A DNA stretch of 64,000 nucleotides, from the IMG/VR virus record IMGVR_UViG_3300011211_000002. One strand, given 5' to 3'. Positions 9,078-20,332 of the stretch are shown here, in pieces; the stretch's first letter is position 1, and the number at the start of each line of letters is the position of its first letter. The notes under the pieces were generated by a model. That model did not search any database, had not been told where the DNA came from, and saw nothing but the letters and a program-made list of their open reading frames with translations. The position numbers and the translations under genes were made by a program. This DNA is from an uncultured virus (IMG/VR IMGVR_UViG_3300011211_000002) (lineage: Duplodnaviria > Heunggongvirae > Uroviricota > Caudoviricetes).

Positions 9078-12000
9078 TTAAGCCTTTTTAGTAAGTTCCC
9101 ATGCTGATAGCCAGTTCTGCATAACATCAGTTGATGTCCATTTACCGTTCAGCAATTGTTGCTTAGGTTTACGATCAACTTTTAACACTTTTATTAAATC
9201 TCCTTTAATTAAAAGTGGATTGCCTTTATTATCAGTGAATAATTTTTTATTAACTTTAACCTCTACCTCACTACCATTGTTAATAATGTGTAGCTTTATG
9301 GTTGGTGAATAACGAGTTTCTATATCTGAAATTACAGCAAACGATTTGTCGAAAGCCTCATCTACACTTTGCGGATACCCTAGTACCTCAACTTCAAACA
9401 TTATTTTTTCATTGATCGAATAGTCATTGATATTAATTAAAGTTGAAATAAACTCCTGTATCTCTTCAATCCTTTTAGATTTTGTATTGTCTTTATGAGT
9501 TTTCTTATATCGATCATTGAATTTTTTTGCTATTAACTCTAAGTATCGGCTATTACCAAACTCACTAAAGAACCCTAATCGAATAAGAATATTGAGTTGT
9601 CTAGTATTAACGGATGTATTTTCTGTTATATCAATTAACAACTCTAAGAAATCTGTATGTTTTTTTGATTGTGCTAACTCAAATAGTTCTTCAGATATAT
9701 TATCATTAATGTATTTGATTGATTTTAATCCTTTATATATAGACTTATCACTACTACTATATTCATACTTAGACTTTGATTTTCCAAACTTTATTGGCTT
9801 AATTTTAATTCCTCTTTGTTTAGCATAAGCAATTACTTTTGCACTCTTATCCATCTTATCTTCACGTACATTTAGTATGGTTGTTATAAATTCATGTGGA
9901 TAATGGTATCTTAAATACGCACATACATAACCAATAAAGGAATATGGTTGAGAGTGGTTTAGAGAAAATCCGTAATCTGAAGCATCCTCGATTACCTTTA
10001 AGAAGCTCTGTAGTATTTCTTCTGACTTTTCAATTGTTTCACCATACTGAGATGTCATTATTTCTAAAAATCCTTCTCTGATCTTTGGCAGAAACTGTTC
10101 TGTTCCCTCTTTCTTACTTAACCCACGCCTAACACTGTCAGATTCAGAACCTGAGTGATTACAGAAATCAGTTAAGAATCGCATAATGTCTTCTTGGAAA
10201 ACTAAATAGCCTAAGTTTGATTTAAGGAATTCATTTAATGATGCGTGTCCATTATCATTTGTAATACCATTAGACAGTTTACTTCTGTAAGAATCACCTG
10301 CTGGTCTTATTGCACCGTTAGCTAAACTTAGCAGGCTAATATAATCAATTTCACCAATGTCACTCTTTATATTCGATAATGTCTTGTCACTAAATAGCTG
10401 TTGCACATAATCAAACGCAGTATCCGATTCAAATTGGAACACACCAAGAGTAGAGTCACGAAGCGATCTCCAAACATTTAAATCATTTACATCGATATTA
10501 TCTGGTGTAAGCCGTTCAATATTAGCTAATTTACAAGTCTCATTTATTATCTCGATATTATCAAGACCTAAAATATCTAGTTTTACGTATGATTGACCGT
10601 CTAACTCCTTCATATTAATTGAAGTTACCTTATATTTACTCTCTTTTGTATAAATAGTTGATATATTGCTGTTCAAGTCAATAGGAGAAACTACAAATCC
10701 TGATGGATGGCTACCCATTGAAACAATAGTGCCTTCTAACAAATCAACATAGTCAAACAACTCTTTGTACCTACTTCGATATCTATCTAATGTGTTGCTA
10801 TCTACAGCTTTAGATATTTCATCAACTTCATTTAGAGGAATGTTTAAAGCACGAGACACATCTCGAATAGCCCCTTTAGTTGCTATAGTATTAAATGTGA
10901 TAATTTCTGCAAAATCAATACCATCAATAGATGCTAAATAATCTATAACGTCTTGCCTACGTGATGGCTCAAAATCGACATCAATATCAGGCATGGAAAC
11001 TCGATCTGGATTTAAGAAACGGAAGAAGTTTAAGTTGTGCTTAACACTATCCATTTCAGTAACACCTAACAAGTAAGCAATCAATGATCCATTTACAGAA
11101 CCACGACCGTATCCTTGATAAATATCATTTTCATGACACCATTCAATAATGTTAGTCTGCAACAGCATGTAATCAACTGCATCTAGCTTTTCATATGTAT
11201 CAAATTCTTCATGTACACGGTCTAAGTACACCTTTTTCTCTTCTCTAGGCAACTTATTAAACCCACGCTTTACAAATCCATCGTTTATTTTACTTTTAAA
11301 CACTTCAATTGGATTTTCATATAACTTAGGATACTTAGGTTTTCTATCTAATTCAAAAACATCTATCATATTTGACATCACATTTGTATTTTCAATAGCC
11401 TCTAAATATTCATTACGTGATAAAGCACCTTGAATTTCAAACATCTCTACTAGTTCATCAAATGATTTCATTGTTAAGTCAAATTGATCTTCATCACCAT
11501 AGCTAGCACCCTTTGCTTTAAGAAGCGTTTCACGACCTTTTGCATGAACTTTATCCAAACAGTGTGTGTCTGTTCCTGCTATCAAAGGTATTCCTGTCTC
11601 TTTAGATAGTTGTGATAACATTTGATTAAATTTAACTTGCTCTGGATGCGTATGATATTGCACCTCAAAAAACATTCTATGTTTATTCTGAATGAACCAT
11701 TGCATTAACTCTTCGTATTCAATATGCAAATTGCCTTCTTTAACTACTTTGTTTCCACCTATAATTTCATATGCATTGTTATATAATCTCCAAATAGGTG
11801 AAGCTAAGCAAGCAGATGTCATAATGATGTTATCAGATGTACTCTTTAAATCATCAAATGTTAAACGTGGGTTGTAATAGAAATGTCCATCTTCACGATT
11901 AAAGGATTTTGAAGTCAAATCATTTAATTCTTTTACACCTTCATAGTTCTTAGCAATAGTCATAAAATGATAATTATCACGTTGAAGGATCAACTTATCT

Positions 12001-12263
12001 TTTCCTTTTACCTCTTCTACCCCTATTCCTTTAGTTAAATAAATTTCATTAGCATGAATATATTTTAATCCACGTTTTTCTACCTCTTGTTTCTTTTTCA
12101 CCCAATTCATTACACTTCCATGTTCTGAAAATGCTATTGAGTTCATTCCAAGCTCTTGTGCTTTATCGAGGTAATCAGTAAATTTAGTTATACTGTCTGC
12201 TCCTGTACCTGCGGTTAAATTTGAAATATCGCTATGAAGGTGATATATAGTGTAATTGTTCAA
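9078..12263 (-). CDS. dnaE: DNA polymerase III alpha subunit (YorL-like)
   Basis: PHP domain HLHS, SEHG; GYGRGS, RFLNPDRVSMPDIDVDF, HPSG, KLDILGL, YGFSLNHS. Confidence 0.97.
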   Translation of the reverse strand: MNNYTIYHLHSDISNLTAGTGADSITKFTDYLDKAQELGMNSIAFSEHGSVMNWVKKKQEVEKRGLKYIHANEIYLTKGIGVEEVKGKDKLILQRDNYHFMTIAKNYEGVKELNDLTSKSFNREDGHFYYNPRLTFDDLKSTSDNIIMTSACLASPIWRLYNNAYEIIGGNKVVKEGNLHIEYEELMQWFIQNKHRMFFEVQYHTHPEQVKFNQMLSQLSKETGIPLIAGTDTHCLDKVHAKGRETLLKAKGASYGDEDQFDLTMKSFDELVEMFEIQGALSRNEYLEAIENTNVMSNMIDVFELDRKPKYPKLYENPIEVFKSKINDGFVKRGFNKLPREEKKVYLDRVHEEFDTYEKLDAVDYMLLQTNIIEWCHENDIYQGYGRGSVNGSLIAYLLGVTEMDSVKHNLNFFRFLNPDRVSMPDIDVDFEPSRRQDVIDYLASIDGIDFAEIITFNTIATKGAIRDVSRALNIPLNEVDEISKAVDSNTLDRYRSRYKELFDYVDLLEGTIVSMGSHPSGFVVSPIDLNSNISTIYTKESKYKVTSINMKELDGQSYVKLDILGLDNIEIINETCKLANIERLTPDNIDVNDLNVWRSLRDSTLGVFQFESDTAFDYVQQLFSDKTLSNIKSDIGEIDYISLLSLANGAIRPAGDSYRSKLSNGITNDNGHASLNEFLKSNLGYLVFQEDIMRFLTDFCNHSGSESDSVRRGLSKKEGTEQFLPKIREGFLEIMTSQYGETIEKSEEILQSFLKVIEDASDYGFSLNHSQPYSFIGYVCAYLRYHYPHEFITTILNVREDKMDKSAKVIAYAKQRGIKIKPIKFGKSKSKYEYSSSDKSIYKGLKSIKYINDNISEELFELAQSKKHTDFLELLIDITENTSVNTRQLNILIRLGFFSEFGNSRYLELIAKKFNDRYKKTHKDNTKSKRIEEIQEFISTLININDYSINEKIMFEVEVLGYPQSVDEAFDKSFAVISDIETRYSPTIKLHIINNGSEVEVKVNKKLFTDNKGNPLLIKGDLIKVLKVDRKPKQQLLNGKWTSTDVMQNWLSAWELTKKA

Positions 12264-12276
12264 GTTATAACCTCCA

Positions 12277-13950
12277 TTATTTAATAATATTTATATCATC
12301 AATAATAAATTGATATTGTTTGATTCCTTTATATGTATTAATAATGCACGTTCCTACAATTTCAATCTCTTTTGTATTTTTTAATTTTAAAATAACTTCT
12401 TCATTCTGCTTAAACATTATGTATGTAATATTTCCACGTTGCATCTGAATCGTATCTAATTTAGATCCAATAACTTCAAGGTTTACATCATTCAATTTAA
12501 AATCATTAACTACAATTTTCGGCTCAACGATGTCTTTTCCCCATACAGGTGACAACTCACTAATCTCCTCAATAATAGATGAATTCATTGACTTTAATGG
12601 TATTAAAAAATCAACCTTATACTTTTTGCTAAAATCAACTTTAGACAATAGTTTGTTTAAATGTGATGTAACACCTTTAATGTTTTCTTTGCTAATTCCT
12701 ATTCCAAATGCAGATCCATGCCCCTTAGCATATTCAATATGTTTACTATCATTTAAAATATCTCTTAATTCATCAAAGCCACCATAACTACGTCCACTAC
12801 CAGTAAATAAATCTTCTTTTTCGTTAAAATCAACAATAATGATGGGCTTCATAAATTTACTTGCTAATTGATTGGCAATTAAACCTTTCGAACCGCTATC
12901 AATATTCATATCTTTTAACAATACAATTTTATCGCTTTCATTAACTTTAACATTTTCAATAATGCTATCAACCATTTTATTCTTTGCTCTGTCTTGTCGA
13001 GACTTTATATTTACACATTGTCTTGCGAAATCACTTATAAAAGGAACTAATTCTGGCTTATCTTTTCCTCTAGGCTTGTATTCAACAAGCTCTTTATGTT
13101 CGATAAAAGCCCTAAACATATCCTCTCTTTCCTTGCTAGTACCAATGCGAGTAACTGCATTAATAAGTGGCGCAATATAAAAGCCTATAGTGGTTGGGTT
13201 TAGCTTGCTCTTCATTGAGTAGTCTTGTTTAGTTATTAATGCTTGAAGAAATGAATTATTAATATTTAATAAACCCTCATTAATTAAGTAGCGAGTCTCC
13301 AATTCTTTTAGAGACATCATATCTGCAATATTCCCTACTGCCACTAAATCTAAGAAGTAGTCTGCAAACTCAGTATCGTAATGATCGTCTAATGCCTGAC
13401 ATACTTTATAAACAATTCCTGCACCACTTAATGACAAGCTACCTTCATTATTTAAGTATGGGTTAACAATTGTAGCATATTTACTTTCTTCACAATCAAT
13501 TTCATGGTGATCAATTACCACTACATCTATGCCTTTTTCGTAAAATCGCTTATGATCTTCTTCTTCATTTGATGATGCATCTGGAATTAACAGCAGATCA
13601 ATATCTAAGGCATCATTTACATCAGCAATACCATGTGTTTTTTTATCATGAATGTGATAAGTAATATCCAATTCTTCATTTTGTAATTTCAAATATTGAT
13701 ACAATATCGATGCACTGGTATAACCATCTGCATCTGAGTCTACTACTATATGTATTTTTGAACCATTATCAATATGTTTAACAATTATATCTTTAACTTT
13801 ATGTATATTCTTTAATATTCTCCAATCTTGAGTGACTGATTTATCTAAATCAAGGTAGTCGTGGAGGTTTGATACGTCTCTGTTTTGTGAGAGTGTACCA
13901 ATAATATCAAATATGTAATCATTGTCTCCTATTAGTTCGTATTTAAACAA
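12277..13950 (-). CDS. recJ: RecJ-like DHH ssDNA exonuclease (YorK-like)
   Basis: DSDADG, IDHH, SGAG, VAVGNIADMM, GSGRS, GHGSAFG. Confidence 0.92.
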   Translation of the reverse strand: MFKYELIGDNDYIFDIIGTLSQNRDVSNLHDYLDLDKSVTQDWRILKNIHKVKDIIVKHIDNGSKIHIVVDSDADGYTSASILYQYLKLQNEELDITYHIHDKKTHGIADVNDALDIDLLLIPDASSNEEEDHKRFYEKGIDVVVIDHHEIDCEESKYATIVNPYLNNEGSLSLSGAGIVYKVCQALDDHYDTEFADYFLDLVAVGNIADMMSLKELETRYLINEGLLNINNSFLQALITKQDYSMKSKLNPTTIGFYIAPLINAVTRIGTSKEREDMFRAFIEHKELVEYKPRGKDKPELVPFISDFARQCVNIKSRQDRAKNKMVDSIIENVKVNESDKIVLLKDMNIDSGSKGLIANQLASKFMKPIIIVDFNEKEDLFTGSGRSYGGFDELRDILNDSKHIEYAKGHGSAFGIGISKENIKGVTSHLNKLLSKVDFSKKYKVDFLIPLKSMNSSIIEEISELSPVWGKDIVEPKIVVNDFKLNDVNLEVIGSKLDTIQMQRGNITYIMFKQNEEVILKLKNTKEIEIVGTCIINTYKGIKQYQFIIDDINIIK

Positions 13951-14997
13951 TCAACCTCTCGCCTTTCTTTTCTCTTCATAGAGCTTACACCAGTTATCAA
14001 AATTATCACTAGGACTTTCCTTATCTTTGAGTAAACCTTTGGTATCATAGATACAATACAGCTCTTGATTTTTCATAAACTTATCAAATTCATCTGGATA
14101 GAAGTTTTTATCTACAAGTCCACCTCTACCTATCTCTGCGCCTTTGTCATAAGCTATAACAATCCTTACGCCTAACAAAGTTAACTTCTTTACTTGCGTT
14201 TTTGATAGTTTGTGACCGCCAATAGCGACTGCATTCTTTATCCCTTTGTCCCATAATTGCTGAACACCCTTTTCAGCCTCTAGCACTATCACTTCTTTAT
14301 GTTTTAAAATATGATGTTTTGCCTTGTCTAACCCATATAAAATTTTTGTTTTAGCACAAGGGTGTAAGTATATGTATTTATTCTCATGTGGAAGCACATC
14401 TTTTCTATTTAGTCTTCCTTTGATTCCCACTAAATTACCTAATTCATCTCGAATCGGAATGGTGATCATATTTGATTCTATATCATAACCAAGCTCAAAC
14501 TCTTCTTGTGTATAATACCCTATTCCATCATTTTTAAATAAGTCTGTTACATACAATCCGTAATAGTCTAGGATACTTTCGTCTATGGGTTCAAGATGTT
14601 CATCAACAGAATCTTTTTCCCTATTTTTTATTCTCATCATATCTCTAGCCCATGATGCTAATTTTGATTTTGATTTTTGCTTTTCGTAATAATCATAGTT
14701 ACAAATATCACATATCCATTTTAAGCTGTCAGAAAAGTAACTTTCATTCACAAATGACACTAGTGAGATAATGTCGCTGTTACCATATGCATCTTTTATA
14801 TTTCTTGTATATGCATCTACTTTTAAATTATCTTTATATACAACAGTAGAGTTTTGGTTATCTCCGTCAGGCATACCACAAGAATAATATCTGCTGTTTG
14901 ATTCTATTGAATGCATACCTAATTCTTCTAGGATTAATCTAATTTTATCATCATCAATAATCCTTTCTTTTAAATCTAAAGCATCCAAAGTATTCAC
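13951..14997 (-). CDS. dnaG: DNA primase (YorJ-like)
   Basis: IPIRDELGNLVGIKGR, LYGL, TOPRIM VLEAEK and IAYD. Confidence 0.88.
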   Translation of the reverse strand: MNTLDALDLKERIIDDDKIRLILEELGMHSIESNSRYYSCGMPDGDNQNSTVVYKDNLKVDAYTRNIKDAYGNSDIISLVSFVNESYFSDSLKWICDICNYDYYEKQKSKSKLASWARDMMRIKNREKDSVDEHLEPIDESILDYYGLYVTDLFKNDGIGYYTQEEFELGYDIESNMITIPIRDELGNLVGIKGRLNRKDVLPHENKYIYLHPCAKTKILYGLDKAKHHILKHKEVIVLEAEKGVQQLWDKGIKNAVAIGGHKLSKTQVKKLTLLGVRIVIAYDKGAEIGRGGLVDKNFYPDEFDKFMKNQELYCIYDTKGLLKDKESPSDNFDNWCKLYEEKRKARG

Positions 14998-15014
14998 CTC
15001 AATTACACATAAAG

Positions 15015-16472
15015 TTATTTATCGTTCTTCGGTTTAAATACCTTAGTTAGAAAGCCTACTTCATACCATGTATTTCTATCTAAATTAACCTCTGTAACTA
15101 AGACAGTCCCCTTACCTGTACCCCTATTTTTTGCTATTTTTTGTCCATAGTATGTTTTGTTTTTATCTAATTCATATGTACCCCATTCGTTAGTAATTCT
15201 ATATTTATGATAATCATTCGGATTTAATCGTTTCTCCAGAATCATATGATCAACTACATGGTATAGCTGCTTGGCGTTAGCTATGTTATTAGAGTTTAAA
15301 TCAAAGATATCAATATTATGAGTCTCATCGGTTAATTGAATTGTGCAGTATCCTGCTACATTCATTTCACCGCAAACATTTTTAATCATTGTTGTTGTTT
15401 GCTTTACGGTTTCCCACTGATCACCCTTGTAACCTTTTAATGTATCGTAATAAATTACTTCTACTCCTAATCCTAATACATGTTTTTTGATTTCACGTTG
15501 TAAATCTTCGTCTGAATATTTATTTAGTTCCAAAAAGTAAACTCTTGTATTTTCTTTGATCCACTCTCCAACAATATCAGTTATTAAGTGATATTGATCT
15601 TCTGATTCGTAAACACCGTTTAATATATCTGATTCAGTGATATTTGTTAGTGACTCCTTGTTATCAGGATTCTTCGAATTTAAGAAGTTAAACTCATAAT
15701 TATTACAGATTGTTGATGCTTGCATGGCATACCATTCATCTTCGTCTTGCTCATTAACTAAAACTAAGACAGGAACCCGTTTTAATACACCGATGAAATT
15801 AACAACCTTCGCCATACGTCTACTTTTACCTTCATTAGATAGCATACCATCAACGAGTACTTTCTTTTTACGTAGTCCTCTAAAATATTCATCCCATTTA
15901 GGAAAAGGTAACGGATGCCCAATATCTGGAGTCTGTTTCCATGATTCTAATTTATCTTTAAACTTACTACCCAATAAAGTTGCCTGTTTGCCTCCACCGA
16001 TAACTGTATTAATATTATCCACTGCATAACGCATTGTACTAATAATATCCTCTGCTTTCATTTGAGGAAATTTTGGGTGCTGCAACATTTTGTCTGTAGG
16101 GAAGTTTTTTCTAGCAAATTCACGTATTAGTGAATACTTTTTTACTGTATCAAAATATTTGTCAACATCTTTATCATCAGCTAGGCTCATTTGATACTCA
16201 ATTGTTCTCCAACCGCCTATATCCTTATATCTCTTAGTTCGTTCACTGTCCTGATTCATAAAAATTGTAAACTTTGACTCGTTCATTTCTTGTGAAAATG
16301 TCATATAAAACAACTCAAACATATCATACAAGTATCTAAGCTCTTCATCGTGAAAATCATATTTTGATTTAATTAAATCTGCATATTCTATGTATAAATC
16401 TACATTCTTATAAAATGAACCAACTAGTAATGCTTCAGACGCATAGTCATTATCTTTTCTTTTTTCAACCAT
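15015..16472 (-). CDS. dnaB: DnaB-like replicative helicase (YorI-like)
   Basis: Walker A-like SNEGKS, NEQ, Walker B IYYD, IQL, IAKNRG; position next to primase. Confidence 0.85.
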   Translation of the reverse strand: MVEKRKDNDYASEALLVGSFYKNVDLYIEYADLIKSKYDFHDEELRYLYDMFELFYMTFSQEMNESKFTIFMNQDSERTKRYKDIGGWRTIEYQMSLADDKDVDKYFDTVKKYSLIREFARKNFPTDKMLQHPKFPQMKAEDIISTMRYAVDNINTVIGGGKQATLLGSKFKDKLESWKQTPDIGHPLPFPKWDEYFRGLRKKKVLVDGMLSNEGKSRRMAKVVNFIGVLKRVPVLVLVNEQDEDEWYAMQASTICNNYEFNFLNSKNPDNKESLTNITESDILNGVYESEDQYHLITDIVGEWIKENTRVYFLELNKYSDEDLQREIKKHVLGLGVEVIYYDTLKGYKGDQWETVKQTTTMIKNVCGEMNVAGYCTIQLTDETHNIDIFDLNSNNIANAKQLYHVVDHMILEKRLNPNDYHKYRITNEWGTYELDKNKTYYGQKIAKNRGTGKGTVLVTEVNLDRNTWYEVGFLTKVFKPKNDK

Positions 16473-16482
16473 CTGTTTCCTC

Positions 16483-17163
16483 CTAAATCAATTCATCATG
16501 AATGTCTGCTACTCTAAAATCTTCCGCATCCTTTCTGGCTTTTTCAACTACCTGATTAAACTTATTGGATGATTCAATTTTAGACTTGATATCAACTACC
16601 TGATGATTCTTTTCTTCTAGTCTTTCTTTGTAGTTCTTGTAATCCTCATATTTACTAATAATAATAGCTAACTCATAATTCATTCTCTGGGAAGTGTTTT
16701 TGAATTTTTTATTTAATGTCTGTTTAGCTAGATAATTAACCAACATGGAATACATCTCTAGAAACTCATCGTATGAAATAGAGCCATAAACCTTTTCATC
16801 TTTTCCTTGTGAAATCTTATCGACTCTCATACAATAATAATTTGGCAACGTAACCTGATAATGCTCTTTAATCCATTCATAAAATCTATTTTTAGATTCT
16901 GCTAATTGTTTATCTTTATGTTGCTCTAATTGATAACCAATGATCATTCTTTCTATTTCCTGCTCAGACATCTTGCCTTTCTTATTTAATTCATTTTTAA
17001 AACACTCCTCATGGTAATACCTATTATTTATTTTTAAATATGAATCTTTTTCAGTATCGATTGACTGCAATCTTATCAGCTTTCCATCACTGTCTCTATC
17101 TAACCCTTGTAACTTTAACTCTTTTAATTTTTTTGTATCGCATGAATTACACTTGTATTTCAT
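16483..17163 (-). CDS. YorH-like protein, putative helicase loader
   Basis: N-terminal CxxC and YYHEEC; position between AAA ATPase and helicase. Confidence 0.6.
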   Translation of the reverse strand: MKYKCNSCDTKKLKELKLQGLDRDSDGKLIRLQSIDTEKDSYLKINNRYYHEECFKNELNKKGKMSEQEIERMIIGYQLEQHKDKQLAESKNRFYEWIKEHYQVTLPNYYCMRVDKISQGKDEKVYGSISYDEFLEMYSMLVNYLAKQTLNKKFKNTSQRMNYELAIIISKYEDYKNYKERLEEKNHQVVDIKSKIESSNKFNQVVEKARKDAEDFRVADIHDELI

Positions 17164-17182
17164 AATAGTTACACCTCATTTT

Positions 17183-17224
17183 ATAAAATAAGGGGAAAGA
17201 AAAAATTCAATCCCCTTATTTTAT
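17183..17224 (-). terminator. Hairpin terminator/attenuator
   Basis: ATAAAATAAGGGGA...TCCCCTTATTTTAT 14-bp inverted repeat. Confidence 0.65.
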
Positions 17225-17229
17225 ATGTA

Positions 17230-18369
17230 CTATTCTTTAACTAATTTCAAGAATTTCTCCAAGTCTGGAATAGCTTCAATTTGATTAAAATCAGTATCTA
17301 ATCCAGAAGCCTTAATTTTTGCACCTAACGATTTCTTTTTCAGTGGAGTTAAGGCAGAAATTAATTTTCCAATTTCATCACGTAAACCATCAACAGTAAC
17401 TTCTTGGATTACTTCTTCTTGAACTTTTTCTTTTTGGTTTGTCATTGTTTCAGACAGCAGATCTTCGTCTTTTTTAATTGAGTCTGACATGCTATTTCCT
17501 ACTACATTTGATTTTTTACCTTTGTTTTTATCAATAACCTCCTGCCATAGTAGAGGCGATGGATCATCAATTACAACATTTTGAGCATAAACTTGAGTTC
17601 GGTCTTTACGCATTACTTGTGCTTTGATTTGACCCATATCATCTTCAAAATGACGTAATACTGTAAAGAACTCGTATTCAACGCCATCCCATGTATCAGG
17701 AACTTTGCCAACCTCAACTAATTGCATTTTTCCATCTACATCAACCATTTGCTTTTTAGTCTTCTCACGAGAAGTTACTACCACATATTTATCTGTGCCA
17801 GTAATAAGGCTTCGCAATAAGTTCTTACCTTTCATTTTGATTTTATCGTGATCTTTAAATTCTAATCCTGCTGTAGATTCTGCTACAAATTGCTCTGTCG
17901 CTGTCTTATCTTGAGATTTAGCTTTTAACTTAGCACGTTTTTCAGATACGTTAATTGCCGCAAATTTTACATTATCACTAATCACAGTAATACCGTCTAC
18001 TACAATTACGTCAGCAACGAATGGATTTCCATCAGCGTCAAACACCTCTTCCAGATTCCCTTCATCATCTTCGATATAAAGTGCTTCTTCTTGCATTGCT
18101 TTTTGCGCCCACTCTTCAACTTCTGAGTATGATGTAGTATAGACCAACAATAAGTTGTCTAAATTAATGCCTTGTCCTTCTAATGATTCTAAGTAGTTGT
18201 CTACGCTACCTGCTTCACAGTCGATATATAATACACGCAACGGTTTACCATTTTCACTTGTCATCTTCATGAAGTCTAATGCAAATGTTGACTTCCAAGT
18301 TCCTGCCTCACCAAAGTTAAAGAATTTTAAACCTTTTTTTACTGTACTTCCACGTTTAGCTTTTGCCAT
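17230..18369 (-). CDS. AAA/RecA-fold ATPase (YorG-like, Sak4-type recombination protein)
   Basis: Walker A GEAGTWKS, YIDCEAGS, Walker B IVVDG, KDRT. Confidence 0.8.
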   Translation of the reverse strand: MAKAKRGSTVKKGLKFFNFGEAGTWKSTFALDFMKMTSENGKPLRVLYIDCEAGSVDNYLESLEGQGINLDNLLLVYTTSYSEVEEWAQKAMQEEALYIEDDEGNLEEVFDADGNPFVADVIVVDGITVISDNVKFAAINVSEKRAKLKAKSQDKTATEQFVAESTAGLEFKDHDKIKMKGKNLLRSLITGTDKYVVVTSREKTKKQMVDVDGKMQLVEVGKVPDTWDGVEYEFFTVLRHFEDDMGQIKAQVMRKDRTQVYAQNVVIDDPSPLLWQEVIDKNKGKKSNVVGNSMSDSIKKDEDLLSETMTNQKEKVQEEVIQEVTVDGLRDEIGKLISALTPLKKKSLGAKIKASGLDTDFNQIEAIPDLEKFLKLVKE

Positions 18370-18421
18370 GAATAAGTTACTCTCCTCTTAAATATGTATT
18401 TTTTTATGTATTAATTATCTA

Positions 18422-19453
18422 CTACCAAGGTAGATCGTCCTCTTCTACTTCTACTCCTTTTTTCTCACTATTTGAATCTTGTTTACCCCAATTATCAGAT
18501 GATTTTTGTTGACCTTCAGCATTCAGTTTTTCTAACGCTTCATCTACAATTGATTGTGCATACGTTTCAACGTCAATCGTTTCTGGGTTAGCACCTTCAA
18601 TTACATACTCACGAGTGTAAGATGTATTTGCTCGATCAAATGAGTTTGTTTTACCCCAAGAGTCAGTTTCTTTTACTTCTTCTACGTCAGCTTTATTAAT
18701 GATTTTTCCGCTAACATCAATAGATGTGTATGGCTTTAAATTCTTCTTGATCATATTTGCAAGAGACTTTTCATAAATTACAAACTCTGCATTTTCGATT
18801 GAATTTTGAGTAATGATCTTTGCTTCAACTAAGAATTTATCTCCACTTTCTGCTTTTTCAATTCCGATGAATACAATAGTTTGCTTAAAGTCTGATAGTG
18901 ATTCAAACCCATCTTCTTCAAAATCAATATCCTTAGAGTTTAAGAATACTGCATCAGCAAGCAACTTTTTGTTACGAATAGCATCACCATCACGATTTTT
19001 AAATGAAGAATACTCAATTTTACCTTGTACATAAATGGAAGTATCATCACTTAGACCGCTAATTAAAGCTTCAGGTGCATCGTATTGAGCAAATGTAGAG
19101 ATGATATTTTTACCTTTCTCATCTTTCTCTAATCCTAAGCGAGTACCAATAACCTTAAATCCTTCCTCTTCATGATTGTATCGATCATCCCAAGGTACGA
19201 CTTTTTTCTGTGATTTTTCTCCTTTAACTTCAGACTGTTTGAACAAGTGAGCTTCCTTTGTTTTAAAGCCTTCTGCATTAATAAATACAATCGATTCTTG
19301 GTCAACTTTTACACCGAATTTTGCAGTATTTTTTTCTGAGCCCGATGTAAACGTATGTGACTTTAATGCATCCTCTTTTTTTAATCCTGTTGCAAGACCT
19401 CGTAAACGGAAGAATCCTTTTGTTTCTGGTAACCCATGAGTAGTTTTTGCCAT
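18422..19453 (-). CDS. Putative single-stranded DNA-binding protein (YorF-like)
   Basis: Acidic C-terminal tail EEDDLPW; position in replication block; start moved to MAKTT behind GGAGAG. Confidence 0.6.
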   Translation of the reverse strand: MAKTTHGLPETKGFFRLRGLATGLKKEDALKSHTFTSGSEKNTAKFGVKVDQESIVFINAEGFKTKEAHLFKQSEVKGEKSQKKVVPWDDRYNHEEEGFKVIGTRLGLEKDEKGKNIISTFAQYDAPEALISGLSDDTSIYVQGKIEYSSFKNRDGDAIRNKKLLADAVFLNSKDIDFEEDGFESLSDFKQTIVFIGIEKAESGDKFLVEAKIITQNSIENAEFVIYEKSLANMIKKNLKPYTSIDVSGKIINKADVEEVKETDSWGKTNSFDRANTSYTREYVIEGANPETIDVETYAQSIVDEALEKLNAEGQQKSSDNWGKQDSNSEKKGVEVEEDDLPW

Positions 19454-19672
19454 ATTAATAAATCTCTCCATTTCAATTATGTATTTTATCATTTAACTAT
19501 CGAACCAATCACAATGTACCTAACCAAAATCTAAATAATATTAGGATTTTATTGAGAACATTTGATGAGTTTAGAACATGTGTTATTTTACATTTACCTA
19601 TAATTAGTTAAATTTTAATTATTTACATCGCTCATGGTTCGATAGTTTGTCTAGCCTATGTATTATAGCATT

Positions 19673-20332
19673 TTATTTCTTCCCGTAAATCAATTCATTT
19701 CCAGTGTAACCTTTATGATATCTATACCAAATTGTTGCATACTTTACATTATACTTCTTAGATAGTTCACTTAAAGAAATTGTTTCACCTAAATACTCAA
19801 CCTTAATAGGTTCATGTTTAGGTGAAACCAAATCGCCACCTCTGACCCCTTTGTGATATCGGTTCAATACAACATTATATGATATATTATATTTATTAGA
19901 TATTTGAGTTAATGTAAGCTCTTCATTATTAATCTCTGTCTTAACATTGTTTCTCTTATTGTTTGCTTGTTCAGCCTTTGATATCCATTTACAATTATTT
20001 GGTGAATAATTACTATTCACATTAATTCTTTCTAAAGTTAAATCCTTATTATATCCATTTCTTAGCGACCATTGATAAAATATTTTATAATCAAACCATT
20101 CTTCACATAGGTATATTCCTCTACCACCATAATCTTTATATCCAGATGCACTTTTTATGTAACATCTTGCCTTAATACCTTTCCATATCCTATAGAGTCT
20201 AGGAATGTCTTTGGATAGTCCATGTTTAGTATTTCTTTCTATTAACTTTTTAATGTTTGACTTTACTTTGTCTCGCCTTCTTTCTCTGTTTTCTTTTTTC
20301 AGACAGCGCTTCAAGAGTGATCCATCCACCAT
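19673..20332 (-). CDS. HNH homing endonuclease (start uncertain)
   Basis: HGLS, RLYRIWKGIKARC, YGGRGI, LERINVNSNYSPNNCKW, EQANNKR. Confidence 0.85.
   Translation of the reverse strand: MVDGSLLKRCLKKENRERRRDKVKSNIKKLIERNTKHGLSKDIPRLYRIWKGIKARCYIKSASGYKDYGGRGIYLCEEWFDYKIFYQWSLRNGYNKDLTLERINVNSNYSPNNCKWISKAEQANNKRNNVKTEINNEELTLTQISNKYNISYNVVLNRYHKGVRGGDLVSPKHEPIKVEYLGETISLSELSKKYNVKYATIWYRYHKGYTGNELIYGKK

Noticed and set aside
9078..16472. Inteins or introns in DnaE, primase or helicase
   Set aside because: Lengths are ordinary, frames are continuous, and no intein terminal or LAGLIDADG motifs were seen
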